In this document: positions 10,841-22,868 of the stretch, piece by piece
Layout of the letters: each line of letters begins with the position of its first letter
How positions within the stretch are numbered: position 1 is the first letter of the stretch
Notes under the pieces: model-generated
Databases searched by the model: none
Told to the model about the DNA's origin: nothing
The model's input: only the letters and a program-made list of their open reading frames with translations
Made by a program: the position numbers and the translations under genes
NCBI GenBank assembly: GCA_038087875.1
Contig: CM075989.1
Coordinates: 21,020,001 to 21,084,000, forward strand
Source of the DNA: Malacoraja senta
Taxonomy: Eukaryota
DNA: 64,000 nt
Direction of reading: 5' to 3'

Positions 10841-12168
10841 TACAAAGGGAAAAATTATAGCGCAATAGACTTGATTACATTTGTTGTACTTTTGTAACCC
10901 AAGTACATTCAAGGGAAATATATACAAAATTATTACTTTGTTGAAATTTATTCAGTGACCAAAACTTTCTTTCTAATCACTTTTCTAACATTCAAACCCT
11001 TTTCAGTTTATTTAGGGTCAACATTTTGAAAGTAGCCCTTGTCCTTGTCCTTGTGAGTGGGCTAATGTTATTTAGAAGGAAACAATGGCGTTGTTTAAAA
11101 AGTTAACGGCATCTAAAAATTTGTTGCCAAATTCGTTGATTGAGTTGCAGTAAACTTGTCCCCTTTGCTGTACGATTCTAAATTGGACAATAACACATTG
11201 CTCTCGATAATTATCAATTGCAGCTTCCAGTTATTGCTGATGCGGTACAATTCACTTTGAAACGGTTCATCTTTCACACTCAAACCAGTCTGATATGATG
11301 TATTAAGTGTCACACAAACATTGCTTTGCATGCCGCTCCATTTGATTGTGCTGCCTGTTTATGCTTATTCAGCCTTTTGAATAATTTAACACATTTCATA
11401 TTCCAAATTATCTCTGACAAGTTGATGTCCCATTGTTGCCTCTGCTGGAAATATGCGTGTTGGATCTTGTCTCTGTCACTAGCATCTGGTGGATTCTGAA
11501 CCCGAGCCAGTTTGTGAGTTAAATTAAGTCAGAGGTTGTTTTGTCAAGCTTTAAATTGTATCCAGCTATTTTAAAAGCTTAAATGTAAGTGTCATTTGGA
11601 GGAGCCCCTGACAACTTCCTGGTTCAAGCAAGGGCTCACTATCTATCCATTTCCCCGCATACTGAAGTCTCTAATTGAAGATGTTTGAAATGGTGACAGG
11701 TATTAAAGCCAACCAAGGCGTTTGCAAGTGTAACTGTGCATTAGCTTTGCTAAGTAGTTGCAAACAGTGCTTTTACGTGGGCTAAAAGACGCTGGTACGC
11801 ATTACAATTTAAAAAATCTTTCTTAAAACAGTTTTCTCTATTAATATACATCCCTCTACGGTTTTGGATTTTGTGACCTATCAACTTCTAATTTAGTAAA
11901 CTAATAACTTTAAATTATAATATTTGAAAGTCAATGAAGTTTAAAAAAATCTGGAAATCTAGTTTTTAACTTTTTAAGAGTATATTTTTGCCGGTATGCT
12001 GCATACTGTAATGAAAAGACACAGGTTGAATAGACGTATTGAGATATTTGTTGAGCTGGAAACCAATTAATAACCTAACTGAAGTGTTTTGGAGATAATT
12101 TGTAAGATAACAAAGTTTCTTTGCTCTTTGCTGTTGGTCTCTTCTGACGGGTCTTTGGAGGTTCTGGA

Positions 12169-12470
12169 CAATAGACAATAGGTGCAGGAGTAGGCCATTC
12201 GACCCTTCGAGCCAGCACCGCCATTCAATGTGATCATGCCTGATAATCCCCAATCAGTACCATGGATTGGCGGATTATTGCTGGACTATTGGAATGTTGC
12301 TCCTATTATTATTCCAACGCACTAATATTCAATATGTAATATAAAGGAACTGCAGATGCTGGTTCATGCCTAGGATGGGCACAAAATGCTGGAGCAACTT
12401 AGCAGGTTAGGCAGATTCTCTGGAGAAAATGGATAGGTGACGTTTCAGGTCGGGACCCTTCCTCAGTGCG
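12169..12470 (-). mobile_element. CR1 tail (12169-12262) and PLE terminal repeat (12340-12470)
   Basis: caatagacaataggtgcaggagtaggccattcg...; aggaactgcagatgctgg...gacgtttcaggtcgggaccc. Confidence 0.75.
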
Positions 12471-13404
12471 TTTGCAGTGGAAGTGAAAGAGAAACGGGTT
12501 AAATCGGGGCCGGCAACAGATGACATCAGGCAAGGAGGTTCCCTGATAGGCGGATTTTCTGATAGAGACGTGTGAGCCCAGGAGCAAATTATGGAACTGG
12601 TTAATGGACTTATACTGAAGGAAGGGGAGGGGTGGGTGGAGGGGGTATACTTTATTCTGTTTTTTTAAGATGTTATATCATGTTAAACTAATTTGTTCTA
12701 GTTATCCTGGTCAGTTTCAAAAAGTGTGGGAAATGGTATCCATGTGAAATTATGGGAAACGCTATTTAACGAATTAGTTGCCAAACCATTGGACATTCTA
12801 AACAATTGGATAGCGGATTATTGGAATTTTTAGTTGTCTGTGGCAATGAATTCCACAGACAGCTGTCAAACTTGAGTTTGAGGGATGTACATATTTATTA
12901 TACATTTTTATTGTATTTATGTACAGTATTATCTCATCTAACTGGACAGCATGGAGAACAAAGATTTTCATCATATCTCGGCAATAAACCTAAACATGTT
13001 GAGGTGATTAGACAAAGTCTACTTATTCAGCAATTTTTGGATGTAATAACTATTTCTAATTGATAAGATTAATAAACACCCTGGGGTTGCGAGCAGCCTG
13101 GAACTATTAATGCAGGAAATTATAATGTAGTGCTTCATTTTCTAAATACATTTTATACATTTTATCAATTTCAATCCAGATTTCTGTTGGAGATACTTTG
13201 AATAGAAGAGCAGATTCAGGCAACTGCAGATAGTGGAATCATGAGAAAAACACTAATTGTGGGGGAACTCAATGATTCAAACAGCATCTTGGGAGGGAAT
13301 GGACAGGCAATGTTTCTGGTCAGGTCTATTCTTCAGACTCTCTGAGGCTTTCTCCCTCTCCCGACTCTCTATCCCAGCTTTCTCCCCCCTAATCCTCTCT
13401 TTAG

Positions 13405-13698
13405 CTTTAGACTTACAGCACGGAAACATACCCTACGGCCCACCGAGTCCACGCCGACCTGCGACCACCCCGTACACTAACACTATTCTACGCACACTAG
13501 GGACAATTTGGCAATTTTACCGAAGCCAATTAACCCACAAACCTGTACGTCCTTGGAGTGTGGGAGGAAATAGGAGATCCCGGAGAAAACTCATGCAGTC
13601 ACGGGGAGAAGGTACAAACTCCATACAGACAGCACCTGCAGTCAGAATCGAACCGGCACTGTGAGGCAGCAACTCTACCGCTGCGCCACCGTGCCGCC
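13405..13698 (-). mobile_element. V-SINE, full length
   Basis: Head, V-domain and CR1-derived tail. Confidence 0.9.
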
Positions 13699-14004
13699 CC
13701 CTCTTATAAGAAAAAATCATTTATTTAAACAGTATTAATCAGCTACTTTTGTTCTTCATGCGTACAACAACTGGAACTCCGTGATCCAGACAGGGAATAA
13801 CAATTATAGTCTGTGAGCGCCTGGGAACGTCTGAAGGAGATTAGCCAGAAATAATGTGATGTAGAGATGTAATAGTTAGAATCTGGCAAATAGTAGCAGC
13901 AAAGAAGGATTTCAACGCAATCTCTGCCAGGCAGATCAGGACTGAATGAATCTTGTGAGAAGATAAGATTGGATAAAAAGAATGTCAATATTTCTCTGAA
14001 TCCG

Positions 14005-14828
14005 CACCGAGTCCACACCGACCAACGATCCCCGTACATTAGCACTCTCCTGCACACACGAGGGACAATTTACAAATATTAAACCCAATCAATCTTCCAA
14101 CCTGTATGTCTTTGGAGTGTGGGAGGAAACCGAAGATCTCGGAGAAAACCCACGCAGGTCACGGGGAGAACAATAGACAATAGGAGTAGGCCATTCGGCT
14201 CTTCGAGCCAGCCCCACCATTCACTGTGATCATGGTTGATCATCCACAATCAGTACCCCGTTCCTGCCTTCTCACCAGATCCCCTCTTAAGAGCTCTATC
14301 TAACTCCCCCTTGAAAGCATCCAGAGAATTGGCCTCCACTGCCTTCTGAGGCAGAGAATTCCACAGATTCACAACTCTCNNNNNNNNNNNNNNNNNNNNN
14401 NNNNNNNNNNNNNNNNNNNNNNNNNNNNNNNNNNNNNNNNNNNNNNNNNNNNNNNNNNNNNNNNNNNNNNNNNNNNNNNNNNNNNNNNNNNNNNNNNNNN
14501 NNNNNNNNNNNNNNNNNNNNNNNNNNNNNNNNNNNNNNNNNNNNNNNNNNNNNNNNNNNNNNNNNNNNNNNNNNNNNNNCAGAGAATTGGCCTCCACTGC
14601 CTTCTGAGGCAGAGAATTCCACAGATTCACAACTCTCTGGGTGAAAAAGTTTTCCTCATCTCCGTTCTAAATGGCCTACCCTTTATTATTAAATGTGGTC
14701 CCTTGTTCTGGACTGCTCCAACATCGGGAACGTACAAACTCCGTACAGACACCACCCATAGTCAGGATTGAACCCAGGTCTCTGGCGCTATAAGGCAGCT
14801 ACTCTACCGCTGTGCCATTATGCTGCCC
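14005..14828 (-). mobile_element. V-SINE interrupted by a CR1 3' fragment (14172-14730) spanning the gap
   Basis: SINE breaks at ggggagaac (14171) and resumes at gaacgtacaaactcc (~14728). Confidence 0.85.
14380..14579. other. Assembly gap (200 N)
   Basis: Run of N; identical 58-bp sequence on both sides. Confidence 1.
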
Positions 14829-14990
14829 TAAATTGATTGATTATTTATCAGATATAATCGGAAGGCATGAAAATATTTTAATCACATCATTAGAAATTGA
14901 CAAGTTTTGGAGCGTTCTGAAGCATTGGGTCACTCATTCCAATACAACGGCCATTAAATTAATATAAAATCCGGCTGGAATAGGTCACTT

Positions 14991-15217
14991 GTGTAAGAAG
15001 GAACTGCAGATGCTGGTTTAAACTGAAGATAGACACAAAAAGCTGGAGTAACTCAGCGGGACAGGCAGCATCTCTGGAGAGAAGGAATGGGTGACGTTTC
15101 GGTCAAGACCCTTTGTCAGTCTGAAGAAGGGTCTCGACCCGAAACGTCACCCATTCCTTTCTCTCCAGAGATGCTGCCATGTCCGCTGAGTTACTCCAGC
15201 TTTTTGTGTCTATCTTC
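14991..15217. mobile_element. Fold-back PLE-derived element with 14-bp TSD
   Basis: Two inverted copies of the terminal repeat; ggaataggtcactt at 14977-14990 and 15218-15231. Confidence 0.85.
15118..15152 (+). ncRNA. Minimal hammerhead ribozyme motif (type I-like)
   Basis: CTGAAGA-A-GGGT(ctcg)ACCC-GAAAC-GTC: CUGANGA and GAAA cores, stem II, palindromic ACGT in place of stem III, GUC cleavage triplet. Confidence 0.7.
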
Positions 15218-15677
15218 GGAATAGGTCACTTTCTGCGTTCAAAGTCCTGGGACTCATATGGTCAGTTTATCTATCCATCAATGAGGATTTATAGCAGTTA
15301 CGTTTGATGGCTTTACATCTCGGAATTCTAAGGCTATTTTGTGAAGGGGAAGGATGGCTACTGTGACAAAAATAAATCATCGACAGGCAACAGGAGGAGA
15401 GGCAACTGTATGTTTAGACCAAGCAGCTGCTGCCAGCTTTTAATCTCGTTATCTAACTGTAATTTGTCCACAATGCTTGAAATTCCTGTTACTATATTTA
15501 GTTATGCATATGGAGCGCTGAAGCCCTGTGCTGTAACTTAGTTAAGGTTCAAGCTACTTCAATTTGTACCATTGTTATAAAAGTCCATATTTGTCACGAT
15601 AACTGGTGTATTTTCAAGGGTGATCAAATAGAGGGTGATCTAATAGAGGGTGATCTAATAGAGGTGTATAAAATCAT

Positions 15678-15992
15678 GGGTGGTCACGGCGGCGCAGCGG
15701 TAGAGTTTGTGCCTTACAGCGAATGCAGCGCGGAGACCCGGGTTCGATCCTGACTACGGGTGCTGTCTGTACGGAGTTTGCACGTTCTCCCCGTGGCCTG
15801 CGTGGGTTTTCTCTGAGATCTTCGGTTTCCTCCCACACTCCAAAGACGTGCAGGTTTGTAGGTAATCGGCTTGGTAAATGTAAAAATTGTCCCCAGTGTG
15901 TGTAGGATAGTGTTGATGTACGGGGATCGCTGGTCGGCATGGACCCGGTGGGCCGAAGGGCCTGTTTCCACGCTGTATCTCTAAAATAAACT
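15678..15992 (+). mobile_element. V-SINE, full length
   Basis: A/B-box head, V-domain, tail gggccgaagggcctgtttccacgctgtatctctaaa. Confidence 0.92.
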
Positions 15993-16029
15993 AATAGATC
16001 GGATAGATTCACTGACAAGGGGTCAAGAT

Positions 16030-16555
16030 TCCTAATTTTGAGGAAGGACGTCTTGCTATTGAGGAAGTGCAGCGTAGGTATACCGGGTTAACTCCAGGGA
16101 TGGCTGGACTGTCATATGATGAAAGAATGGAGCGATTGGACTGTATTCACTGGAATTTAGAGGTATGAGAGGGTATCTAATAGAAACATATAAAATTATT
16201 AAGGGATTGGACACGCTAGATGCAGGAAAATTGTTCACGATGTTGGGAGAGTCCAAAACAGGGGCCACAGTTTAATAATAAGGGTAGGCCATTTAGAACT
16301 GAGATGAGGAAAGACTTTTTCACCCAGAGAGTTGTGAATTTGTAGAATTCTCTGCCTCAGAAGGCAGTGGAGGCCGATTCACATGGATGCATTCAAAAGA
16401 GAGTTAGATAGAGCTCTTAGGGCTACCAGAGTCGAGGGATATGGGGTGAAGGCAGGAACGGGGTACTGATTGTGGATGATCAGCATGATCACATAGAATG
16501 GCGGTGCTGGCTCGAAGGGCCGAATGGCCCACCTCCTGCATCTATTGTCTATGTA
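16030..16555 (+). mobile_element. CR1 LINE 3' fragment
   Basis: LRKDVLAIEEVQR...; 3' UTR ending ctattgtctat. Confidence 0.9.
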
Positions 16556-16954
16556 TTTACGTATGTATCTACGATCTCAAGGGTGAAAATTTATAGACTT
16601 TAATAGTGGAGCGATCCAAATTGTTAGCAATTTATGATGACTCTGAACTTCTCTTTCCCTTCTCTTGCTCCCGTCTGAGCTATCAGGAGAGTTGAGTCTG
16701 CTGGGACTCTAAACCTTGGAGGGTGGGAAAGGGAAATGAAACATGGGGCCATGTCTGTGGTTCTGAAAGAAGGGAGGTGGGGGGGGGGGGAGGTTACAGA
16801 AGGATCTCAGTTGATCAGATGAAGAGAGAAAGGAACAGACGGGTTGTGGGTTACCCGAAATTGGAGAATTTGGTGTATCTGCGGTCTCTTGGGTCTCATC
16901 TTACTTCTCAAGTCTGTCGCTGGCGTTTGAATTTACTGCAGAGGTGCAGTGATC

Positions 16955-17340
16955 ACAGGTACAGAAGTTTGAAAATGCACACCTACAGATTCTGGAACAG
17001 TTTCTTCCCAGCTGTGAACGAGCAACTAACCATTCACACTGAGTGCGGCCCTGACCTCCCATCTACCTCCTTGGAGACCTTCGAACTTGAATCTTGAGTT
17101 GGACTTTACTGGACTCTATCGTGTACTTAAAGTTATATCCTACATCTGTAAACTGTGGACAGGCGGCATCTTGGAGGGAAGGAATGTGTGACGTTTCGGG
17201 TCGAGACCCTTCTCCAGACCTTCATTCACATCTGTCCACTGTGGACGGCTGGATTGTAATCATGTATAATCTTTTTGCTAACTGGTTAGCATGCAACAAA
17301 AGCTTTTCACTGCACGTCACAATAATTAACTAAACTAATT
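16955..17340 (+). mobile_element. Rex/Babar 3' end with nested PLE repeat fragment (17155-17220)
   Basis: RYRSLKMHTYRFWNSFFPAV, then 3' UTR gcatgcaacaaaagcttttcactg...(aacta)n. Confidence 0.65.
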
Positions 17341-17499
17341 CTGTCAAGCATGATGTTGTTCAATTAGTTACCAGGCTTCAATATATTAATAATTCAGGCA
17401 CTGCATGAGTGCTGTGGAGCACTGTGGCGGATCGAAGACAAAGTCAACCTTGGTCTTTGTACATGACTATAGGAGCAGCAAAATCCACCTGGACTTCTT

Positions 17500-17825
17500 G
17501 GGCGGCATGGTGGCGCAGGTGGCAGTGTTGATGCCTCACAGCGCCGGGAAGCCCAAGTTCAATTCTGGCCTCGGGTGCTGTCTGTGTGGCGTTTTCACGT
17601 TCTCCCCTGGGACCCCCTCGGGTTTCCTCCAGGTGCTCTGGTTTCCCCCCACATCCCAAAGGCGTGCGGTTTTGATAGTTAATCGGCCCTCTGTAAATTG
17701 CCCCTAGTGTGTAGGCAGTGGATGCGAAAGTGAGATAACAAAGAACTAGTGTGAACGGGTGATGGATGGTCAGCATGGGCTTAATGGGCCGAAGGGCCTG
17801 ATTTTATGCTGTACCTTTCATTGAA
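17500..17825 (+). mobile_element. V-SINE, older subfamily
   Basis: Diverged head, V-domain and tail. Confidence 0.85.
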
Positions 17826-18157
17826 TTTTAAAAAAGTGATGGAGGAACTCAGTGGGCCAGGGAGCATCTGTAGAAAGAATGGACAGACGTCAGTCTGAGA
17901 AAAGGTTCCAAATGGAAGTATCAAAGTCTATACACGGACCCATGGATGCTGGTTGACCCACTGAGTTCCTCCAGCACTTTGTGTTTTGCTCAGGATCCAG
18001 CACCTGCAGTTCCCTGTCCCTCTCTGAAATGTCAGCCCGCTCTTTCCTCACAAATGTCCACTTCCCATTCCCCAACTATCCGGATTGTCCGCGGCTGGGT
18101 GAATCAAGTCTACGGGAATCTAGATATCTGGGATATCTTCCCTTGTGTTGGTGCTCA

Positions 18158-18462
18158 TATCATCTTCATCACCGGCGGTCACTCGAGACGAGTATGACTG
18201 TCCTCTCCTCTCCATAGGGTTAGGGTGGATTCCCTATATGGAGGACGCCTGTGTGTGACTTTGTTTAACGTGGGGAGACAGGTTCACGGACAGCCACCAC
18301 ACAGTCCTTGACAGATCTGGGTCAGGATCCAGTGGCATGGAGTCCAAGACGACCGGGGACCCTTTTCTGCTGCAGCCTTCGTCCGCCTTCCCAGCCGTTG
18401 TGATGCTCCACAAAAGTCTGCCATCGTCCTCCGCCTGTTCCACCGTTGAGGTCTTTGTTGGT
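18158..18462 (-). mobile_element. Probable non-autonomous RTE-related retroposon
   Basis: Minus strand ends gtcatactcgtctcgagtgaccgccgg(tga)n-like tail; GC-rich and unlike other window families. Family assignment is from memory. Confidence 0.4.
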
Positions 18463-19119
18463 GCTCACCACCTCATTAAAACATTCGAAGGGGATTTTCC
18501 CCCATGGTTGTGCTGGTGCCAGTAATACGGAGATTCTGCCAACCCAGCCGTTAAGGTCAGCTGGTCACGCATTTTGTTCTTGCAACTCCTGGGAATATTG
18601 CTTCACACACAGTGGGACTCGCATTCCGCCAGAGGTTTCTGTATGAAGGAGAAATAGTATTTTTTGCTTAAAAAGTGACGGCAAAACATTACCGCAATTT
18701 ACAATGGAAGGAAGCTTGAAATCATGGGACATAGATTATTAATTTTATTCTTTGTGCTTAATACCACAAGAACATTTATCTTACCCGCTGCAATAAAGAC
18801 TTAGGAATCAAACCCACACTTTCTGCCTTCAGAGCAGCTTTTAATTTGGATATTAACTAGAAAAATAGCAAAAGAACATTAATCACTAACGTTAATGATT
18901 TTTTTTGTCTCTTCAGGGACTCATTGTACTTGTGCATAGAACTCCGTTAAGTTCCCATACCATTATTACGCCTTATAAACAGAGCTAAGGAGATGGTCTA
19001 ATCGGGGCTAGAGCGTAGGCAGGCACAATATACAGGACAGGACAAGGGGATGTAGAATTAATATTAAACTTTGGGGATTTTTTAATGTTATCAGGAAGCA
19101 CTTCTTCAGATTAGTAAAA

Positions 19120-19810
19120 ATAGTCATAGAGTCACAGAGCACGGAAACATGGCCCCTGGTCCAACTCATCCATGCTGACCAAGACGTCCCATCTAAGCTA
19201 ATCCCCCTTGCCCATATTTGGCCCATATCCTTCTAAACCTTTCCATCCATGCACCTGTCCAATTGTCTATTGACCTGCCTCAGAGGGTGGTAGAGGCCAG
19301 TTCTCTAGATACGTTCAAGAGAGAGCTAGATAGGGCTCTTAAAGATAGCGGAGTCAGAGGATATGGGGAGTAGGCAGGAATGGGGTACCGATTGGGGATG
19401 ATCAGCCATGATCACATTGAATGGCGGTGCTGGCTCGAAGGGCCGAATGGCCTACTACTGCACCTATTGTCTATTGTGTATTGACTGCTGTTATAGTCCC
19501 AGCCTCAACTACCTCCTCTGGCAGCTCGTTCCATATACTTTGAGTGAAAAAGTTACCTCTCACATTCCTATTAGATATCCTCTCCCCCCCCCCCCCCCCC
19601 CCCCCCCCCCCACTTCCCCCTTAAACCTATGTCCTCTGGTTCTTAATTCCTTTACTCTGGGTAAAAGACATTCACCCTATCAATTCCCCTCATGATTTTA
19701 TACACCTCTGTAAGATCACCACGTGGCTTACTGTGCTCCAAGGAATAAAATGCTAGCTTGCCCAATCTCTACCTATAGCTCTGGCCCTTGAGTCCTGCCA
19801 TCATGTGGCA
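19120..19810. mobile_element. CR1 (-) fragment interrupted by CR1 (+) 3' end (19272-19478)
   Basis: Minus-strand tail (gtcataga)n at 19122; plus-strand LPQRVVEASSLDTFKRELDRALK and UTR; minus strand resumes at ~19490. Confidence 0.8.
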
Positions 19811-20231
19811 AAATCTGAAAATCTTTTCCATAAAAAGCTGAGGAGGCTAAATTGGAAATATCATAATCCTACTTTATTAGCCAAGTATGTTTTGCAACAT
19901 ATGAGGAATTTGTTTTGCAGTTTTCTGTTATCTTCAGTATGATGTCCAAGTCAAATGATCCACAGTAAAAGTACAAGAAGCTCCCGTCATTTTCCCTGCC
20001 TTGCCTATATTGGTTTAGGAATCAAGAGATGATTGTCTGAAAAAACATGATGAAGTAATTCATTATCACGTTAATGGAGCTTCAGCATGGGAATTATATA
20101 GATTGTTCAATGTGATTGCAATGCCACATATAATACTCATCCTTTGAAAATCGCAAACATTATTATTGAAACTATTTATCTTTCTGCAACTAATCCCAAC
20201 AGAAATTGTAAACAGAACAATTATTACATTG

Positions 20232-20575
20232 GAGATAGACACAGAATGCTGGAGTAACTCAGCGGGACAGGCAGCATCTCTGGATAGAAGGAATGGGTGA
20301 CGTTTCGGGTGGAGACCCTTCTTCAGACTGAGAATCAGGGGAGAGGGAGACACAGATTTGGAAGGTTAAGGTGTGAGGATGAGAGATCAAAGGAGACGAA
20401 GGTCAAAGGAAATGAAGAATAGATCATTGTTAGCGAGGGGAAGTTGACAACGAGGCATACAAAGATAAAATTCAATCAGGGAGGACAGTCAGACGTCGGA
20501 GAACTAAGGTGGGGGAGGGATGGGGAGAGAGGGAAAGCAGGGTTACTTGAGATTAGAAAAATCAATATTCATGTT
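20232..20575 (-). mobile_element. Penelope-like element 3' portion (ORF end, pyrimidine-rich spacer, hammerhead repeat)
   Basis: Minus strand reads MNIDFSNLK* (~20572-20543), then the spacer and ctgaagaagggtctccacccgaaacgtc (20326-20299). Confidence 0.8.
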
Positions 20576-20659
20576 GATTTTTCCTCTCTGCCAAAGAGAT
20601 CTTCAGGATGCAAGGAAGCCTTTTGTTAGCTCATTTTATATTCACTAGGTTTTCCAAAA

Positions 20660-20797
20660 ATGTATTGGTTAGTAAGGGCGTCAAAGATATGGGAAGATGG
20701 CAGGAGAATGGGGTTGAATGTGAAAATTGAGCAGCCATGATTAAATGGTGGAGCAGACTTGATGTGCTGAATGGCCTAATTCTGCTCCTGTGTCTTA
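20660..20797 (+). mobile_element. CR1 3' tail fragment
   Basis: gccatgattaaatggtggagcagac...gaatggcctaattctgctcct. Confidence 0.7.
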
Positions 20798-21784
20798 CAA
20801 CACAACTTTATTTATCCCAGGAGGGAATTTGAACTGCCAACAGTGATAAAACACAAAAAAACATGAAACATGAGATTAAGTGATGATTGGAAAGGATTGG
20901 TATGTGCAAAGATTAGGGGGGGGGGGGTGGAGTCAGTCTACCCCACAGCAGAGGTGTGTTTGTTTGGATACAATCTTCTGAGCAACTTGGGGATACTGGA
21001 CTGTGTTGACTGCTTGAAACAAATTCAACAGAGTGGGCTTCTTTCTATTACGGTTCATACCCTTCCCAAAAGGAACCCATTAGTTTCATCATTTTTTTTT
21101 CCGCCTTCCATCACAGTGAGGAATGTGGAGGAGTCACTGTGGCGGATGTTTATGTTAAAATGTATTTTGTGTATCTTGTTGCTTTTTTACTCGTATGGAT
21201 TTGGTCAGGATCGAACCTGGGACTCTGGCGCTGTGAGGCAGCAACTCTACTGCTGCGCCACCGCGCAGTGGTTCGCTCTATGCTCATTTCTAAGCAAGAA
21301 ATGTTTTGTGAGTTCCTGCTTTTAAAAAACACTTTTAGTTGGCAAAAGGCTAAGGGCCGCAAGATTTCCCTGTGTGACGGTCAATGTTCTTACATTCAAT
21401 AACTTTGTGTTCTCACAGTGGGAAGTCTTTCATTTCCCTCTCCACCCTGTTGCAATGATTCAAGGCTAGTGCATCAATTGCTGTTACCATTGACCACTAT
21501 TGAATGGTCAGTGGTAGGATGGAGGGAGAGTGATGTTGTATGTGGTGTAAATAAAATGAGTTTAGCGTTGCTTGATGGTCGGTGTGGACTCAGTATGCTG
21601 AGGGACTGCTCCGACTATGATCGTATGATCCTGACATTTAACAATGATAAAATATCAATTAACCAGTTGAAAAATAATTACATTTAAACCATAACAAAAC
21701 AAAAACATTTAGAACACATTAAAAAAATAAGAAACTAAAGCAAATATTAATTAACAATTCCAAGTTGGTGTCAAAGCCAGGTCT

Positions 21785-22020
21785 CTCTCACAGAGAGTGG
21801 TGAGTCTGTGGAATTCTCTGCCTCAGAGGGCGGTGGAGGCAGGTTCTCTGGATGCTTTCAAGAGAGAGCTAGATAGGGCTCTTAAAAATAGCGGAGTCAG
21901 GGGATATGGGGAGAAGGCAGGAACGGGGACTGATTGGGGATGATCAGCCATGATCATATTGAATGGCGGTGCTGGCCCCAAGGGCCGAATGGCCTACTCC
22001 TGCACCTATTGTCTATTGTC
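21785..22020 (+). mobile_element. CR1 3' fragment
   Basis: QRVVSLWNSLPQRAVEAGSLDAFKRELDRALK; (ATTGTCT)n tail. Confidence 0.9.
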
Positions 22021-22569
22021 TCTCATTGTGTGTTAGTCCCAGAAGTGGAACTACAATCACTCATTACATTTGGTCCACTCTTTTAAACATCTACTCCAAC
22101 AGCAGGCTTTATCTTGCACTAAACGTTGCTCCCTTTATCATGTATCTGTACACTGTGGACGGCTCGATTGTAATCACTTATAGTCTACCCGCTGACTGAT
22201 TAGCACGCAACAAAAAGCTTTCCACTGTACCTCGGTACATGATAAAGTATACTGAACTAAAAGTATTAATGGCCTGCTGATCCTACTTTCTCACAATCGT
22301 TCATCTCCATTTGAAGAAGACCTTCCTTGTTCACTGGGGTAGGATTGCAGGTCGATTCCTCGGACTAAGTGCTGAGCAGCTCAGCAGTCTTTGTTTTCTA
22401 CCCATGTGTGGGTTTCAACATCAGAACATAGCCAGGGAGATCCTCAGCAAGAGATAGACACAAGATGCTTGATTAACTCAGCGGGTCAAGCTGCATCTCT
22501 GGAGAACAAGGGTAAGGTGGTGTTTCAGGTTTCAAGGAGTCTTCTTCAGACTCTTCATCAGCCAGAGAG

Positions 22570-22868
22570 AGGCACAGTGGCGGCAGCGGTAAAGTTGCTG
22601 CCTTACAGCACCAGGTTTGATCCTGAGTATGGGTGCTGCCTTTACGGAGTTCGTACGTTCTCCCCGTGACCTGCATGGGGTTTCTCCCAGATCTCTGATT
22701 TCCTCCCGCACTCTAAAGACGTACAGGTATGAAGGTTAATTGCATGGTATAATTGTAAATTGTCCCTTGTGTGTATAGGATAGCGTTAGTGTACAGGATC
22801 GCTGGTCGGCGCGCACTCGGTGGGCCGAAGGGCCTGTTTCCGTGCTGTATCTGTCAACTAAACTAAAA
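22570..22868 (+). mobile_element. V-SINE, full length
   Basis: Head, V-domain and tail; preceded by a PLE repeat at 22450-22552 (-). Confidence 0.9.

Noticed and set aside
15618..15665. 15-bp x3 tandem repeat
   Set aside because: Slippage within a CR1 remnant (RGDLIEVYKI-like coding); no independent significance.
15678..15760. tRNA gene
   Set aside because: tRNA-like A/B boxes are SINE heads continuing into the V-domain; no complete cloverleaf or terminator.
15674..16018. Recurrent ORFs such as GGAAVELLPYSARDPGSILTTGAVCTEFVRSP and LWSVGGNRR as a gene family
   Set aside because: These are translations of V-SINE copies in several frames and both strands, with no consistent start or stop.
19584..19620. 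Poly-C / G-quadruplex or polyproline signal
   Set aside because: Homopolymer expansion inside a CR1 remnant, with unreliable length.
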